A stretch of 64,000 bases of DNA from a virus. The stretch is from the IMG/VR virus record IMGVR_UViG_3300043470_000217, positions 32,001 to 96,000 of that record; one strand, 5' to 3'. This document shows positions 11,497 to 20,927 of the stretch, in pieces (positions within the stretch are counted from its first letter, which is position 1; each line of letters starts with the position of its first letter). The notes under the pieces were generated by a model, which worked only from the letters and a program-made list of their open reading frames with translations, did no database searches and was not told the DNA's origin. The translations under genes were made by a program, and so were the position numbers.

Positions 11497-11946
11497 ATGA
11501 GGGGGTTATTAGTTAACCTCTTATTATTCTTAGCCGTCCCTTGTTTTGGTCAGATGAAAATTGACAAAGCAGGGGACGGTTGGGATTTAAAAGTTGATTC
11601 AGCAATTCAACTTATAAAGAGAGTAGACATAGCTAAGTATAAGCTGCTTGATACAAACTGTCATCAGGTATCTTTTATGATTAGTCCCTACTCTTCATGT
11701 TTATTAGAGAATGGTTTGGGACATATTTACATAGCTGTAGATGACATTAAACTAAACTCTATAAACAATATTGCTGTAGTGCTAATACATGAGAGTCTCC
11801 ACTTGTATATAGCCAAACTGGGTATAGCACTTATACCCGAAAAAGAAGAGACATTTTGCTATATGTATGAATTAAGCTTCATAAGTAAATTAGAAAATCC
11901 AGAGCCTTGGCTCACAGAACACGCTATAAATAACATAAAAAAATGA
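11497..11946 (+). CDS. Secreted zincin-like metallopeptidase
   Basis: Signal peptide; LIHESLH followed by EE. Confidence 0.6.
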   Translation: MRGLLVNLLLFLAVPCFGQMKIDKAGDGWDLKVDSAIQLIKRVDIAKYKLLDTNCHQVSFMISPYSSCLLENGLGHIYIAVDDIKLNSINNIAVVLIHESLHLYIAKLGIALIPEKEETFCYMYELSFISKLENPEPWLTEHAINNIKK

Positions 11947-13838
11947 AAAAATTATTCTCCTCATTAGTAACAACTTTGTTTGCAGTAGTAACCTATGCAC
12001 AAAGTGCTAGCACAAGTCCAGGCACAGGTCACTGGGTTGTGATTGATTCAGGTTATCAAGTTGCTACATCTTCTGCCGGACAGACTGTAGCTCCACTTTA
12101 CTTCTATAATACTTCTACATCCGAGAACATTACCGGTATGCAGTACAGAGTATTCTATGACAAAACTGCTTTCACTGCAGTAGTACCTAGTTTAAAAATC
12201 TCTTCTTCAGATCAGTATTTGCAATATGTAGATGACAACACTAATGGTCACTTAACAGTTACCGTAGCTTATACCGGATCTAGTTCTACATTTAACTACT
12301 CTAACGGAGCTACATTTGATCTTACGTTTACACATGCTGCAGAGTCTGTATGGAATACATTAGATTCTATCAAGACTCTTAAGATTTCAGGTGTACAATC
12401 TTTCTCAAACAAAGCTGCTACTAGCTGGGGTAATGATACTACCTTGGTAGTTTACTCTTATGGTGGTCGCTTCAATCAGAAGGTATTAAGATTTGCGGCT
12501 AAGTTTAAGAACGTTACAGGATCAGATGCTAAATTCCTTTGGGTATCTTTAGAGAAAAGAGCTAAAGGTTCTTCAAGCTGGTCTCAAATAGAAGCTAAAA
12601 CTACTAACTCTTTGGGACATGTAGTGTTTAAAAAATTCTTGGATACTACTTACTGGGATGTAAGAATGGTAGTTAAGGGTGATACAATGACTCCAGGTAA
12701 TGTATTCTCTACTGCAGATGCGCAGAAGATTAACCAAGCTATTTTAGCTCAGTATAGTCCTGCCGGTTTTGATTACTATACCATGGATGTAAACGGATCA
12801 GATGGTAATATTACTATTGCTGATGTATACTCTGTATACGGAAGACTTGCCGGAAGATTCACTGCTTGGCCTAACTCTAAGAAAGACATCTTATTCTTTA
12901 CTGTAGCTGAGTACAATGCTATTAACGGTTCAAGTACAAACTATACTGGTACTTATACTGGTGAGACTAACTTTATCTACTCTGTAGATGGTAAAGACTC
13001 TATCACTTACTATGTAGCTGTTAAAGGTGATGCTAACTCTACCGGATTTAAAATGGCCCGTTTAACACCCATCAAGATTGTTAACCCTGCTAATGCTAAG
13101 AAATATATCATAGATGAAACTGTTCAGTATGATTTCCCTGCAGAGACTATTGAGATCAACATGCCTAAAGTAACCGTAGATGAAGGTAACTTAGTTAATG
13201 TACCAGTTAAAGTTTTAACTGATGCTAAAAACTTAGGCGCATTGCAGTTAGACTTACGTTATGATACTGCTTACTTAGAGTTTAAGAAAGTAGAAAACAC
13301 CGAGAAGATCATGAAATGGACTTCTTACTTGAATCCTTCTAACGGTACTATCTCTTGGGGAGGTGCCGACTTAACTAATGAGAACATGCTTAATGACGGA
13401 GAGCAAGTATTCACTCTTCAGTTTATTGCTAAGAAGCCACAAGACTCTTGGGCTACTGCAGCTTTATGGACAGGTGCTAAGTATGTAGGAGATAAGAACT
13501 CTAAAGACATGAATATCACCCCGGCTATGGGAGTAATTGAAGTACGTAGAATTAACAAGGGAACTATTTCCCTGAATGATTTAAATTCTATTATAGTATT
13601 CCCTAACCCTACAGAAGGTGATGTACAGGTACAGTTTAGAATTAAAGAAGATGGATATGTAGATATGTCTATCTCTGATGAAGTAGGAAGACGCATTCAA
13701 ACATTGTTAAAAGAAAACATGCCAGCCGGCAAGTATAAATACATGGCCAAACTAGATAGTTTAGCTGATGGTATTTATGTACTATCTGTAACTACAGATA
13801 CAGAATCACTTCACTCTAAAATAATAGTACAAAAATGA
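11943..13838 (+). CDS. Secreted cohesin / Ig-like / dockerin / cohesin protein with T9SS type-A C-terminal sorting domain
   Basis: Signal peptide; cohesin-like ITGMQYRVFYD and VNVPVKV...LGALQLDLRYD...GEQVFTLQF; dockerin-like STADAQKI and DVNGSDGNITIADV; CTD VFPNPT...LADGIYVL...KIIVQK. Confidence 0.8.
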   Translation: MKKLFSSLVTTLFAVVTYAQSASTSPGTGHWVVIDSGYQVATSSAGQTVAPLYFYNTSTSENITGMQYRVFYDKTAFTAVVPSLKISSSDQYLQYVDDNTNGHLTVTVAYTGSSSTFNYSNGATFDLTFTHAAESVWNTLDSIKTLKISGVQSFSNKAATSWGNDTTLVVYSYGGRFNQKVLRFAAKFKNVTGSDAKFLWVSLEKRAKGSSSWSQIEAKTTNSLGHVVFKKFLDTTYWDVRMVVKGDTMTPGNVFSTADAQKINQAILAQYSPAGFDYYTMDVNGSDGNITIADVYSVYGRLAGRFTAWPNSKKDILFFTVAEYNAINGSSTNYTGTYTGETNFIYSVDGKDSITYYVAVKGDANSTGFKMARLTPIKIVNPANAKKYIIDETVQYDFPAETIEINMPKVTVDEGNLVNVPVKVLTDAKNLGALQLDLRYDTAYLEFKKVENTEKIMKWTSYLNPSNGTISWGGADLTNENMLNDGEQVFTLQFIAKKPQDSWATAALWTGAKYVGDKNSKDMNITPAMGVIEVRRINKGTISLNDLNSIIVFPNPTEGDVQVQFRIKEDGYVDMSISDEVGRRIQTLLKENMPAGKYKYMAKLDSLADGIYVLSVTTDTESLHSKIIVQK

Positions 13839-14203
13839 ACATTAAAAAAGCACTTGGTCTTAACCAAGCAGAACCCGTAGCAGTAGATTCTAATAATAGA
13901 TTCTATTACATGCTACAACAAATGCAAGCCAACCGTTGGAAAATTACAGCCATTGTATTAGGTTTGTTCTTCTTTATCATCCTTGGTATTAACTCTGCTG
14001 TATTCTTTGGAGTAGAGATTGCAGAGTCTTGGAAAGAAATGTTACTTATTCTTTTTGGAGCATTTGTAGGTAACTTGAACAAAGTAGTTGACTACTGGTT
14101 TAACTCAGAAGACAGAGATAAAATGTTAATAGCTAAGGTGGATGAGGAAGATGATACTCCAGAAGTTTTAGCAGCTAAGTATAGTAAAAAAGAAGAAAAT
14201 TAA
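13835..14203 (+). CDS. Two-TM membrane protein
   Basis: Two hydrophobic helices, then VVDYWFNS and a charged tail. Confidence 0.6.
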   Translation: MNIKKALGLNQAEPVAVDSNNRFYYMLQQMQANRWKITAIVLGLFFFIILGINSAVFFGVEIAESWKEMLLILFGAFVGNLNKVVDYWFNSEDRDKMLIAKVDEEDDTPEVLAAKYSKKEEN

Positions 14204-14214
14204 TAAATAATAAT

Positions 14215-14538
14215 ATGTCTGAAGAACAAGAAGAAAGCGTAATGTCAGCTACTAAGAAAGCTATCATTGGCGCAGTAACCACTGCTGTAACTGCAGGAGG
14301 TGCATGGTTTGCCACTCACTTTGGTGGCGGTGAAGAACCCAAAGAAGAAGCTAAAACAGAACAAGCACCCGCTGCTGCTCCTGTGATTAACTTGAATCTA
14401 GAGAACAACAACACTAATCAGCAGAAACAATCTGCAGGTGGTACTAACACAATTATTAAAGAGCGTGTTATTGAGAAGCCAGCTGCTACTCCTGCTCCTG
14501 CTGCTAAGCCTGAACCTAAAGAAGAAGATCCGTGGTAA
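14215..14538 (+). CDS. Single-TM protein with low-complexity Pro/Ala/Asn/Gln tail
   Basis: AIIGAVTTAVTAGGAWF TM segment; INLNLENNNTNQQKQ segment. Confidence 0.6.
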   Translation: MSEEQEESVMSATKKAIIGAVTTAVTAGGAWFATHFGGGEEPKEEAKTEQAPAAAPVINLNLENNNTNQQKQSAGGTNTIIKERVIEKPAATPAPAAKPEPKEEDPW

Positions 14539-15230
14539 AAAAATGGTTTAATGGGTTCATGACTTTAGTGGTTATGACATTAGCTGGTTGTGGTAGTATG
14601 AAAACTACTACAGATGATGAGCCAGTAGAGGTAAAAAATATCTCTACTGTTTCCGGTTATACTGATTCTATTAAGAAAACAGTACAGGTGGTTAATGTAG
14701 ACATGACAAAAGTCCTAAGTTTATATCCTGGTTTACAAGAGAAGAACGTAGGTCTTGGGTTTGCTGAATCAGTTCTAGATTATTTAGATGAAACAAATAG
14801 ATTTATATTCACAGAAGAGAAGTCAGAGATTAAAGAAAGAATGGTTGCTCAATTCAAAGCTTCAAAGAAAGGTGTATTTGATGAACCAATTGATGGGAAA
14901 GGTAAGATTAAGCCTGCTCACTACTTTGTTTACGTTACTGTGGCTGATTTTGCTGTTGATGAAGACGAGCAAGTTGATGGCCTTAAGTCAAAGGTTGTTG
15001 TTACTACCTTCATACGTTTACAAGTTAGGTTTGTTGATGCTAAGACAGGGCAAATCTATATTGGATCTGGTGAAGGTGAGTCAACAAAAACTGGTGAATC
15101 ATTCTTAAAATCTTTAGATAACATCAAATTCTCTCAAAGCACTGTAGGTAAAGCTACTAGAAAGTCTCTTGAAACTGCTTGTACTAATGTGATTCAAAAT
15201 CTCATTAAGTCAGGTGTGTTTAAAAACTAA
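14532..15230 (+). CDS. csgG: CsgG/HfaB-family outer-membrane lipoprotein
   Basis: Lipobox LAGC; LDETNRFIFTEE and LQVRFVDAKTGQI match the CsgG family pattern. Family-level call, not proven curli function. Confidence 0.7.
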   Translation: MVKKWFNGFMTLVVMTLAGCGSMKTTTDDEPVEVKNISTVSGYTDSIKKTVQVVNVDMTKVLSLYPGLQEKNVGLGFAESVLDYLDETNRFIFTEEKSEIKERMVAQFKASKKGVFDEPIDGKGKIKPAHYFVYVTVADFAVDEDEQVDGLKSKVVVTTFIRLQVRFVDAKTGQIYIGSGEGESTKTGESFLKSLDNIKFSQSTVGKATRKSLETACTNVIQNLIKSGVFKN

Positions 15231-16665
15231 AATATTAATTCTATTCATGATGGCTCTGTCTCTCAAAGGACAGAGCTTTTTGTATTCGTTTAAGGACCCA
15301 TGCACACAGGAGTTAAAATTCATTAATGCAAACATGTCTAGTCCTATAGTAATTGCTTACTACGGACAAGTAAAAACTTTCTCCTATACAGAGTTACAAG
15401 ACGGAACTTTTGATAATTGGATAAATAGTGTATATTTGAAGTATAAAAATACATCACCCTGTCAAGGAGTTGCAGTAACAACTACTACAACTACTACAAC
15501 AAATACCACTTTAAACATTGTAAACAATGTCATGAATCTAAGTGCTATTTCAAATGTAGGTAGTGTTAATGTAGATGTTGGATCTAGCACCTCTTCAGGT
15601 ACAAACATAGGAACAATCAAAACCAATAATAAAAATGACAATGGATCAAGTAGTAGTAATCGGCCTGGTAGCACTAGTAGCAATAGTGATAATCCAGATT
15701 CTAAAACTCCGGAAGGAGGAGAACCAACTCAAGGAACAGGAAGCTCAGGAGATAATCCGAGCAGCCCAGGAAGTGATGGTGGAAGCAACAGCTCCAGTTC
15801 AGGCTCCAGTAGTGGAGGAAACTCCAGTGGTAGCTCCAGTGGTAGTGGAAGCAGTAGTGGAAGTAGTGGAAGCTCCCAAGGTGGAGGAGGAAGTGGTGGT
15901 AAAACCGAAGAAAAAACGGAAGTACAAACCGAGAAACCCACAGAACAAAAAATAGAAGATACTAAAACTGAGCAACAAAAGACTCAGTCTTCTAGTACAG
16001 CAAAGGCAGCCAGCAAAGCAAAAGCTGAGGTTGCTAAACCTGCTATTCTTGTTACCGGGGATATAGTAGGTATACAAAAAGCAGATGATGGTGCTCAAGA
16101 TGCAAGAGGTACTATGTCCTTTACAAGAGTAAAAGGGGATGGTACTTCTTCATTAGGTGGCTCTGTAGATTATATGCTAAATGCTAAGATAGCAAACATA
16201 TCTTTATTACGCTCTTGGATAGGAGCTAATAGCAAAGGTCACAAACATATCAATGTTATATCCAATGGACTTAGTGTAATGCCTAAGTCTATGTCAAACA
16301 CTCTTCTATTTGTAAGAGTTAATTCAGTTAAGAATTTTACTGCGCTCTATGGAGGTGCCGGTACATATGGTAAATTGTATGGTGAAGAAATGATATCTAC
16401 AATTGCTATAGCCGGTTTTATGTATAAGGGTAAACTTACCAAACACATAGACGCTACGGTTATTATGGCTGGTATCTACTCTCCATACTCTAAGTATTAC
16501 ACAGAGTCTTTATTTGAAGCTAAGCCTATTATGATTCCTTTCTTTAACTTTACCTACAAGATGACTAAGACTTTTGGCTTAGGTATTACAGGAGGCGGAA
16601 CATATATAGCCGGGCAAAACATTTTAAACTATCAAATGCTTCTAGGTGCTAAACTATTACTATGA
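15214..16665 (+). CDS. Secreted protein with Gly/Ser-rich linker and C-terminal outer-membrane beta-barrel-like domain
   Basis: Signal-like N-terminus, poly-Thr and poly-Ser/Gly linker, alternating hydrophobic strands ending YQMLLGAKLLL. Confidence 0.6.
   Translation: MCLKTKILILFMMALSLKGQSFLYSFKDPCTQELKFINANMSSPIVIAYYGQVKTFSYTELQDGTFDNWINSVYLKYKNTSPCQGVAVTTTTTTTTNTTLNIVNNVMNLSAISNVGSVNVDVGSSTSSGTNIGTIKTNNKNDNGSSSSNRPGSTSSNSDNPDSKTPEGGEPTQGTGSSGDNPSSPGSDGGSNSSSSGSSSGGNSSGSSSGSGSSSGSSGSSQGGGGSGGKTEEKTEVQTEKPTEQKIEDTKTEQQKTQSSSTAKAASKAKAEVAKPAILVTGDIVGIQKADDGAQDARGTMSFTRVKGDGTSSLGGSVDYMLNAKIANISLLRSWIGANSKGHKHINVISNGLSVMPKSMSNTLLFVRVNSVKNFTALYGGAGTYGKLYGEEMISTIAIAGFMYKGKLTKHIDATVIMAGIYSPYSKYYTESLFEAKPIMIPFFNFTYKMTKTFGLGITGGGTYIAGQNILNYQMLLGAKLLL
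15635..15955 (+). CDS. Putative nested (+1 frame) membrane-anchored protein
   Basis: A-rich leader AATAATAAAA before ATG; TM VVVIGLVALVAIVIIQIL; Pro/Val/Glu stalk; basic tail KPKKKRKYKPR. Confidence 0.45.
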   Translation: MTMDQVVVIGLVALVAIVIIQILKLRKEENQLKEQEAQEIIRAAQEVMVEATAPVQAPVVEETPVVAPVVVEAVVEVVEAPKVEEEVVVKPKKKRKYKPRNPQNKK

Positions 16666-17648
16666 GATATTTGGTTCTTTTATTGTTTTTACTAGCGCAG
16701 AAACTCTCTGCTCAGTTTACATATTCCGGATATCTGTATAATGCTAATGGATCTGGAGCAAACAATGTTGCTATAAAACTATATAGAAGAACCAACTCAA
16801 CTATTACAGGCTTTACTAATCAGCAGAACTATAACGGACACTCTTATTACCGTTCTACAGGAACTGCTACATGGACTACTGCTAGATCTAACTGTGCAGC
16901 TATGGGCGGTTATCTAGTAACTATTACTACTGCAGCAGAACAAAGTTTTATATTTAATATATGGCCTTCAGGATGGATAGGATTAACAGATGAAGTAACT
17001 GAGGGTACTTGGAGATGGGTAACAGGAGAAACTTATTCTTATAAAAACTGGAACTCAGGAGAACCTAATAACGCAGGTAATGAAGACTATGTACAGTTTG
17101 TATCTAACGGTAAATGGAATGACTTACCTAACAATGTTTCATTACCTTACGTACTTGAGTTTAACTATGTAGTAACTACTTCTTCTTGGGCACTGTATAA
17201 GACTATATATACTAACTCTTCGGGTTACTATTCTATATCTGAAGCTTATGACCCGTCTAAAGAATACTACATAGAGATAAGTGCTCCTACTAGAGTACAA
17301 GCTTATACTACTTCTGATATACAAGCTGTATCTAATATAGTATTAGGAAAAACTACCAGGAATGGTTTATCTTTCCACATGTTTGATGTAAATGATGATG
17401 GGATAATCTCAGTAGCAGATAAGTACTACGTAGCTGCAAGGAAAGCTGGTAGGTTTTCTAGATGGAGAACAGCACCGGATGTAAGAATATTTACAACTGC
17501 ACAGTATAATGCTATCAAAGCAGCAACTAGTAATGTACGTGCTGCTTATCCCGGAGTATCTACACATACTACAACCACTTTAACTTCAGGAGGAACTTTA
17601 AATCTATATCTAATAGCTCCCGGTTATGCTGGAGCAGTAACTTATTAA
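16662..17648 (+). CDS. Secreted C-type lectin + dockerin-like protein
   Basis: Signal peptide; CLECT motifs WIGLTD...EGTWRW, WNSGEPNN, WND; dockerin-like DVNDDGIISVAD. Confidence 0.8.
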   Translation: MRYLVLLLFLLAQKLSAQFTYSGYLYNANGSGANNVAIKLYRRTNSTITGFTNQQNYNGHSYYRSTGTATWTTARSNCAAMGGYLVTITTAAEQSFIFNIWPSGWIGLTDEVTEGTWRWVTGETYSYKNWNSGEPNNAGNEDYVQFVSNGKWNDLPNNVSLPYVLEFNYVVTTSSWALYKTIYTNSSGYYSISEAYDPSKEYYIEISAPTRVQAYTTSDIQAVSNIVLGKTTRNGLSFHMFDVNDDGIISVADKYYVAARKAGRFSRWRTAPDVRIFTTAQYNAIKAATSNVRAAYPGVSTHTTTTLTSGGTLNLYLIAPGYAGAVTY

Positions 17649-17650
17649 TC

Positions 17651-18094
17651 ATGAAAAAACTATTTATACTCTCGTTTCTAGTCACTATGGTGGCTTCTCT
17701 TAGTGCTCAATGTTACAAAGTTGACACTGTATCTAACACTGCTACTATAAAATTTCTATTAGACAGACCCGTAGAATTTGGAGCTAAGGCTACACTAGAA
17801 GAATTGATTGCAGATAAGTATTCTTTATGTGATAGTGGAAGTATTGTTACTGGAGAAATTGTATCTATTGCTATGCCAGAACAAATGATTAATATAATTG
17901 GCTTACAATTTTTACAGCGCAAATATATTATCACAACTAAAGTAACAATAAACGGTAAATCATATATGGGTGAGTCTACTAAGACAATGTATGTAAATGC
18001 TATGCTAGTAGAGGTATCAGCTATACCCCATAATAAGAAGGTTTTTTACAAGACTATGCAGCAATCCCTGAAAAATGCTGTAAATTATATATAA
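17651..18094 (+). CDS. Secreted alpha/beta protein, possibly distant CsgG/LptE-like fold
   Basis: Signal peptide; last gene of the envelope operon. Fold is inference only. Confidence 0.45.
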   Translation: MKKLFILSFLVTMVASLSAQCYKVDTVSNTATIKFLLDRPVEFGAKATLEELIADKYSLCDSGSIVTGEIVSIAMPEQMINIIGLQFLQRKYIITTKVTINGKSYMGESTKTMYVNAMLVEVSAIPHNKKVFYKTMQQSLKNAVNYI

Positions 18095-18105
18095 GGGATT
18101 AAGTA

Positions 18106-20469
18106 ATGTTAAAACTAGATGTATTATCTGCAGAATTAAACCTGTGGGCCAATGAAACTGAACAACAGTATCGGGCCACAAGAGAGATGCAATATAGAAG
18201 AAATGCAACTCATCTCCGGTATCTTGCTGCTACATTAAATCAATCTAGTATACTTGCCGGTGTAACTTCTTTTAACACAAGAACAGGCGATGTAACTTTA
18301 TTATCAGCTGATGTTGTTTCAGCATTAGGCTATACTCCGGTTACACAAGCAAGAACATTAACAATCAATGGTGTTACTCAAGATCTATCAGCAAATAGAT
18401 CCTGGACTATATCAACTGCTACCCCAACCCTAGCACAAGTAACCACAGCAGGGAACACTACTACTAATTCTATTACTGTAGGTTCATTTAATTTGGGAAG
18501 TAGTGTTGCTGTTAGTACATTTAGTGGGTTTGGATTAAATTATTTTAATGTGGTTGCATTAACAGCAGGGCAGGGTATAAGTGCAGGTTTTGGTCCATCT
18601 GGAACTCCTACAGGTTATGCTTATAATTTTCAATTTGGTAAGTCTTCAACTGTAAATAATAACTCATTATTGTTTATTGGTGGGGGAGCTTCGGCTGGTC
18701 CAGCAGCAAATAAACACCTAATAACTACAAGTACAGACGGGACTGCTACAGCACAACCACTTTCATTTGCCGTTGCAACAGGAAGTTGGGCTTCCGCAAC
18801 TGCTTTGATGACATTAACACCAACTCAAAACGTCCTCATAGGCACTACTACCGATGCAGGATATAAGTTAGATGTGGCAGGTTCAGTACGTTTTACACAA
18901 GGACTTACAGTAGATTATCTTGGAGTAAAAATTGGAGGAGTAACTTTATTATTAGATGCTCAAGGAGGGGGGACTATATCTAGTGCAAATAGTGTAGGGA
19001 ATCCAACTACATATATCACAATGCGTGGTCCTGTTCACTATAATCCGACAAGTGGAGTAGCAGGTACATTTGCTGTTACAGGACAATCTCTTATGTCTAG
19101 TGGAACAGCCACATTCAATACATTAACTGTATCCCCTACTATAAACAACTCAGGAACTTACTCGGGTATTTTTAGAGGATTATACTACAACCCAACTCTT
19201 ACCTCTCTTACAGGAACTACTCACAGAGCAATAGAGACAACTAGTGGTGATGTAATAATTAATACCCAATCGGCATCAGTAAATTCGGGGTATACCACAA
19301 TGGCAATAGGTGGCAGCAGTGGTGTATACTTTCAAATGTATGTAGGACCGAGTCCAACATCACAAAGTTTAAGAGGACAAATCTGGGCGGTAGGAAATAA
19401 CTTACTATTTAATAACCCTGGGGCTGGATACTTGGGATTATACACAACGTTGTACAGTGGTATTACTGTTTGGCCAACTACAGGTAATGTCTATGTGGGA
19501 GCAAGTCCATCAACTGATGCTGGTTATAAGTTAGATGTAGCAGGTAGCGCAAGAATACAAGGTGTAATTACAGGATCTGTTCCTGCGGGTGGTTCTCTAG
19601 TATTAGGTGCAAGTGCTTCAAACCAAAGAGCCATTTATGTAAACGGTTATTTTGTATCAACTGGTGCAATAGTAACAAATAACTATAATTCACGTTCTTA
19701 TAATACTACAATAGGAGGACAAGAAAATGGTCTTATACTTGAGTATAATGGTAATAATCAAGCAGTTTCAAACACTAACCGTTATTTTGTTGTAGCAGGA
19801 AGTATAAATATTACAGGAGGTACAGTTGACTTACAAGGTTATACCTTCATACCAACAATCGTAAGTGAAACAAATGCAACCATTAAAGCATTTACTAGTA
19901 CATTATCTGCTGCTTCAAATCGTTATAATTTATATTTATCTGGAGATGCCCAGAACTATATTGCAGGTAACCTGGGTATAGGAACAACAACACCAACAGA
20001 AAAATTAGAGGTTAGTGGTAATGTAAAAATATCAGGAAATCTTACTACATCACCTACATACACAAACTGCGGATTACTATCACCAATAGGTGTAGCAGAA
20101 AATACTACAGAAACTATTGGTTTTGCAGCAAAAATTGATCCTAATGGTTGGTGGAATCCAGGTACTAAGAGATGGACTCCTACTGTCCCAGGTTTTTACT
20201 TTGTTACTTTACAAGTTAGATGGGATATAGGTACTTTAGGTAATCAGATTAATATTCAGATTCTTAAAAATTTAGCTACTGTGGGTATTGCACAAGACTT
20301 ATTACCTACTAATACAGGATTAACTCATACCACTAGTGCTATTATAGAAATGAATGGTTCTACAGATTATATAACCTTTACCGGATATACATCAAGTACT
20401 ACTGGAGAATTTATTCATGGTGAACCACAAGGTAATTGGACATTTTTTAACGCTTTTAAAATAAATTAA
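18106..20469 (+). CDS. Tail fibre / receptor-binding protein
   Basis: VTSFNTRTGDVTL, ALGYTP, repeated TDAGYKLDVAGS, GNLGIGTTTPTEKLEVSG, C1q-like C-terminal domain. Confidence 0.8.
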   Translation: MLKLDVLSAELNLWANETEQQYRATREMQYRRNATHLRYLAATLNQSSILAGVTSFNTRTGDVTLLSADVVSALGYTPVTQARTLTINGVTQDLSANRSWTISTATPTLAQVTTAGNTTTNSITVGSFNLGSSVAVSTFSGFGLNYFNVVALTAGQGISAGFGPSGTPTGYAYNFQFGKSSTVNNNSLLFIGGGASAGPAANKHLITTSTDGTATAQPLSFAVATGSWASATALMTLTPTQNVLIGTTTDAGYKLDVAGSVRFTQGLTVDYLGVKIGGVTLLLDAQGGGTISSANSVGNPTTYITMRGPVHYNPTSGVAGTFAVTGQSLMSSGTATFNTLTVSPTINNSGTYSGIFRGLYYNPTLTSLTGTTHRAIETTSGDVIINTQSASVNSGYTTMAIGGSSGVYFQMYVGPSPTSQSLRGQIWAVGNNLLFNNPGAGYLGLYTTLYSGITVWPTTGNVYVGASPSTDAGYKLDVAGSARIQGVITGSVPAGGSLVLGASASNQRAIYVNGYFVSTGAIVTNNYNSRSYNTTIGGQENGLILEYNGNNQAVSNTNRYFVVAGSINITGGTVDLQGYTFIPTIVSETNATIKAFTSTLSAASNRYNLYLSGDAQNYIAGNLGIGTTTPTEKLEVSGNVKISGNLTTSPTYTNCGLLSPIGVAENTTETIGFAAKIDPNGWWNPGTKRWTPTVPGFYFVTLQVRWDIGTLGNQINIQILKNLATVGIAQDLLPTNTGLTHTTSAIIEMNGSTDYITFTGYTSSTTGEFIHGEPQGNWTFFNAFKIN

Positions 20470-20482
20470 TTATATTATATAT

Positions 20483-20755
20483 ATGACACCAATACAACCA
20501 GAAGTAATTCCAACTAAAGGTACCGGTAAGTATTTTAATTTGTTAGCTTTAAACTTCCCAATGAATCCTACATCTGTAACTTTTTATTGGCAGTTGTTTA
20601 CAGAAGTACAAAATGAAGAGGAACAGAATATTCCGGGTACTTGTATTTTAGATGGTAACTTAACTATGGACCAAGAAACATATGCTCAATGGGGAACTGA
20701 TGATGAATATCCAGTTAATTGGGCTCTTGATCAATTAGGATTTACAAAAGCATAA
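20483..20755 (+). CDS. Small tail-fibre-associated protein
   Basis: Follows the fibre gene; YAQWGTDD motif. Confidence 0.5.
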   Translation: MTPIQPEVIPTKGTGKYFNLLALNFPMNPTSVTFYWQLFTEVQNEEEQNIPGTCILDGNLTMDQETYAQWGTDDEYPVNWALDQLGFTKA

Positions 20756-20757
20756 TC

Positions 20758-20907
20758 ATGGCAGCACCAGCAAAATCAAAAAAAGCAAGTGTAGGTTCAG
20801 CTAAAACTTTAGCTCCTAAAAATACAAATAAGAAAAAAGGAAAAGCTCATAAGTCTGTAGGACCAAAAGCTACTCCTGAGTCAAAATATCGTGGACAAGG
20901 TAGATAA
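20758..20907 (+). CDS. Small basic protein (49 aa, ends KYRGQGR); not in ORF track
   Basis: Translated by hand: MAAPAKSKKASVGSAKTLAPKNTNKKKGKAHKSVGPKATPESKYRGQGR. Fills the gap exactly. Confidence 0.65.
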   Translation: MAAPAKSKKASVGSAKTLAPKNTNKKKGKAHKSVGPKATPESKYRGQGR

Positions 20908-20914
20908 TAATTGT

Positions 20915-20922
20915 TATCTTTG
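20915..20922 (+). promoter_or_regulatory. Bacteroidota primary-sigma -7 element (TAnnTTTG)
   Basis: TATCTTTG 5 nt before the dcd ATG. Confidence 0.6.
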
Positions 20923-20927
20923 TCATT

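Noticed and set aside
14788-15108. Alternative-frame ORF inside the csgG-like gene
   Set aside because: Leu/Met-rich composition typical of a +1 shadow frame; no convincing protein features.
14532-15230. Complete curli system
   Set aside because: No curlin-repeat CsgA/CsgB and no recognisable CsgE/CsgF; only a CsgG-family protein is supported.
16662-20469. Diversity-generating retroelement targeting the lectin or tail fibre
   Set aside because: No reverse transcriptase and no adenine-variant TR/VR pair seen; the TDAGYKLDVAGS repeats are ordinary fibre repeats.
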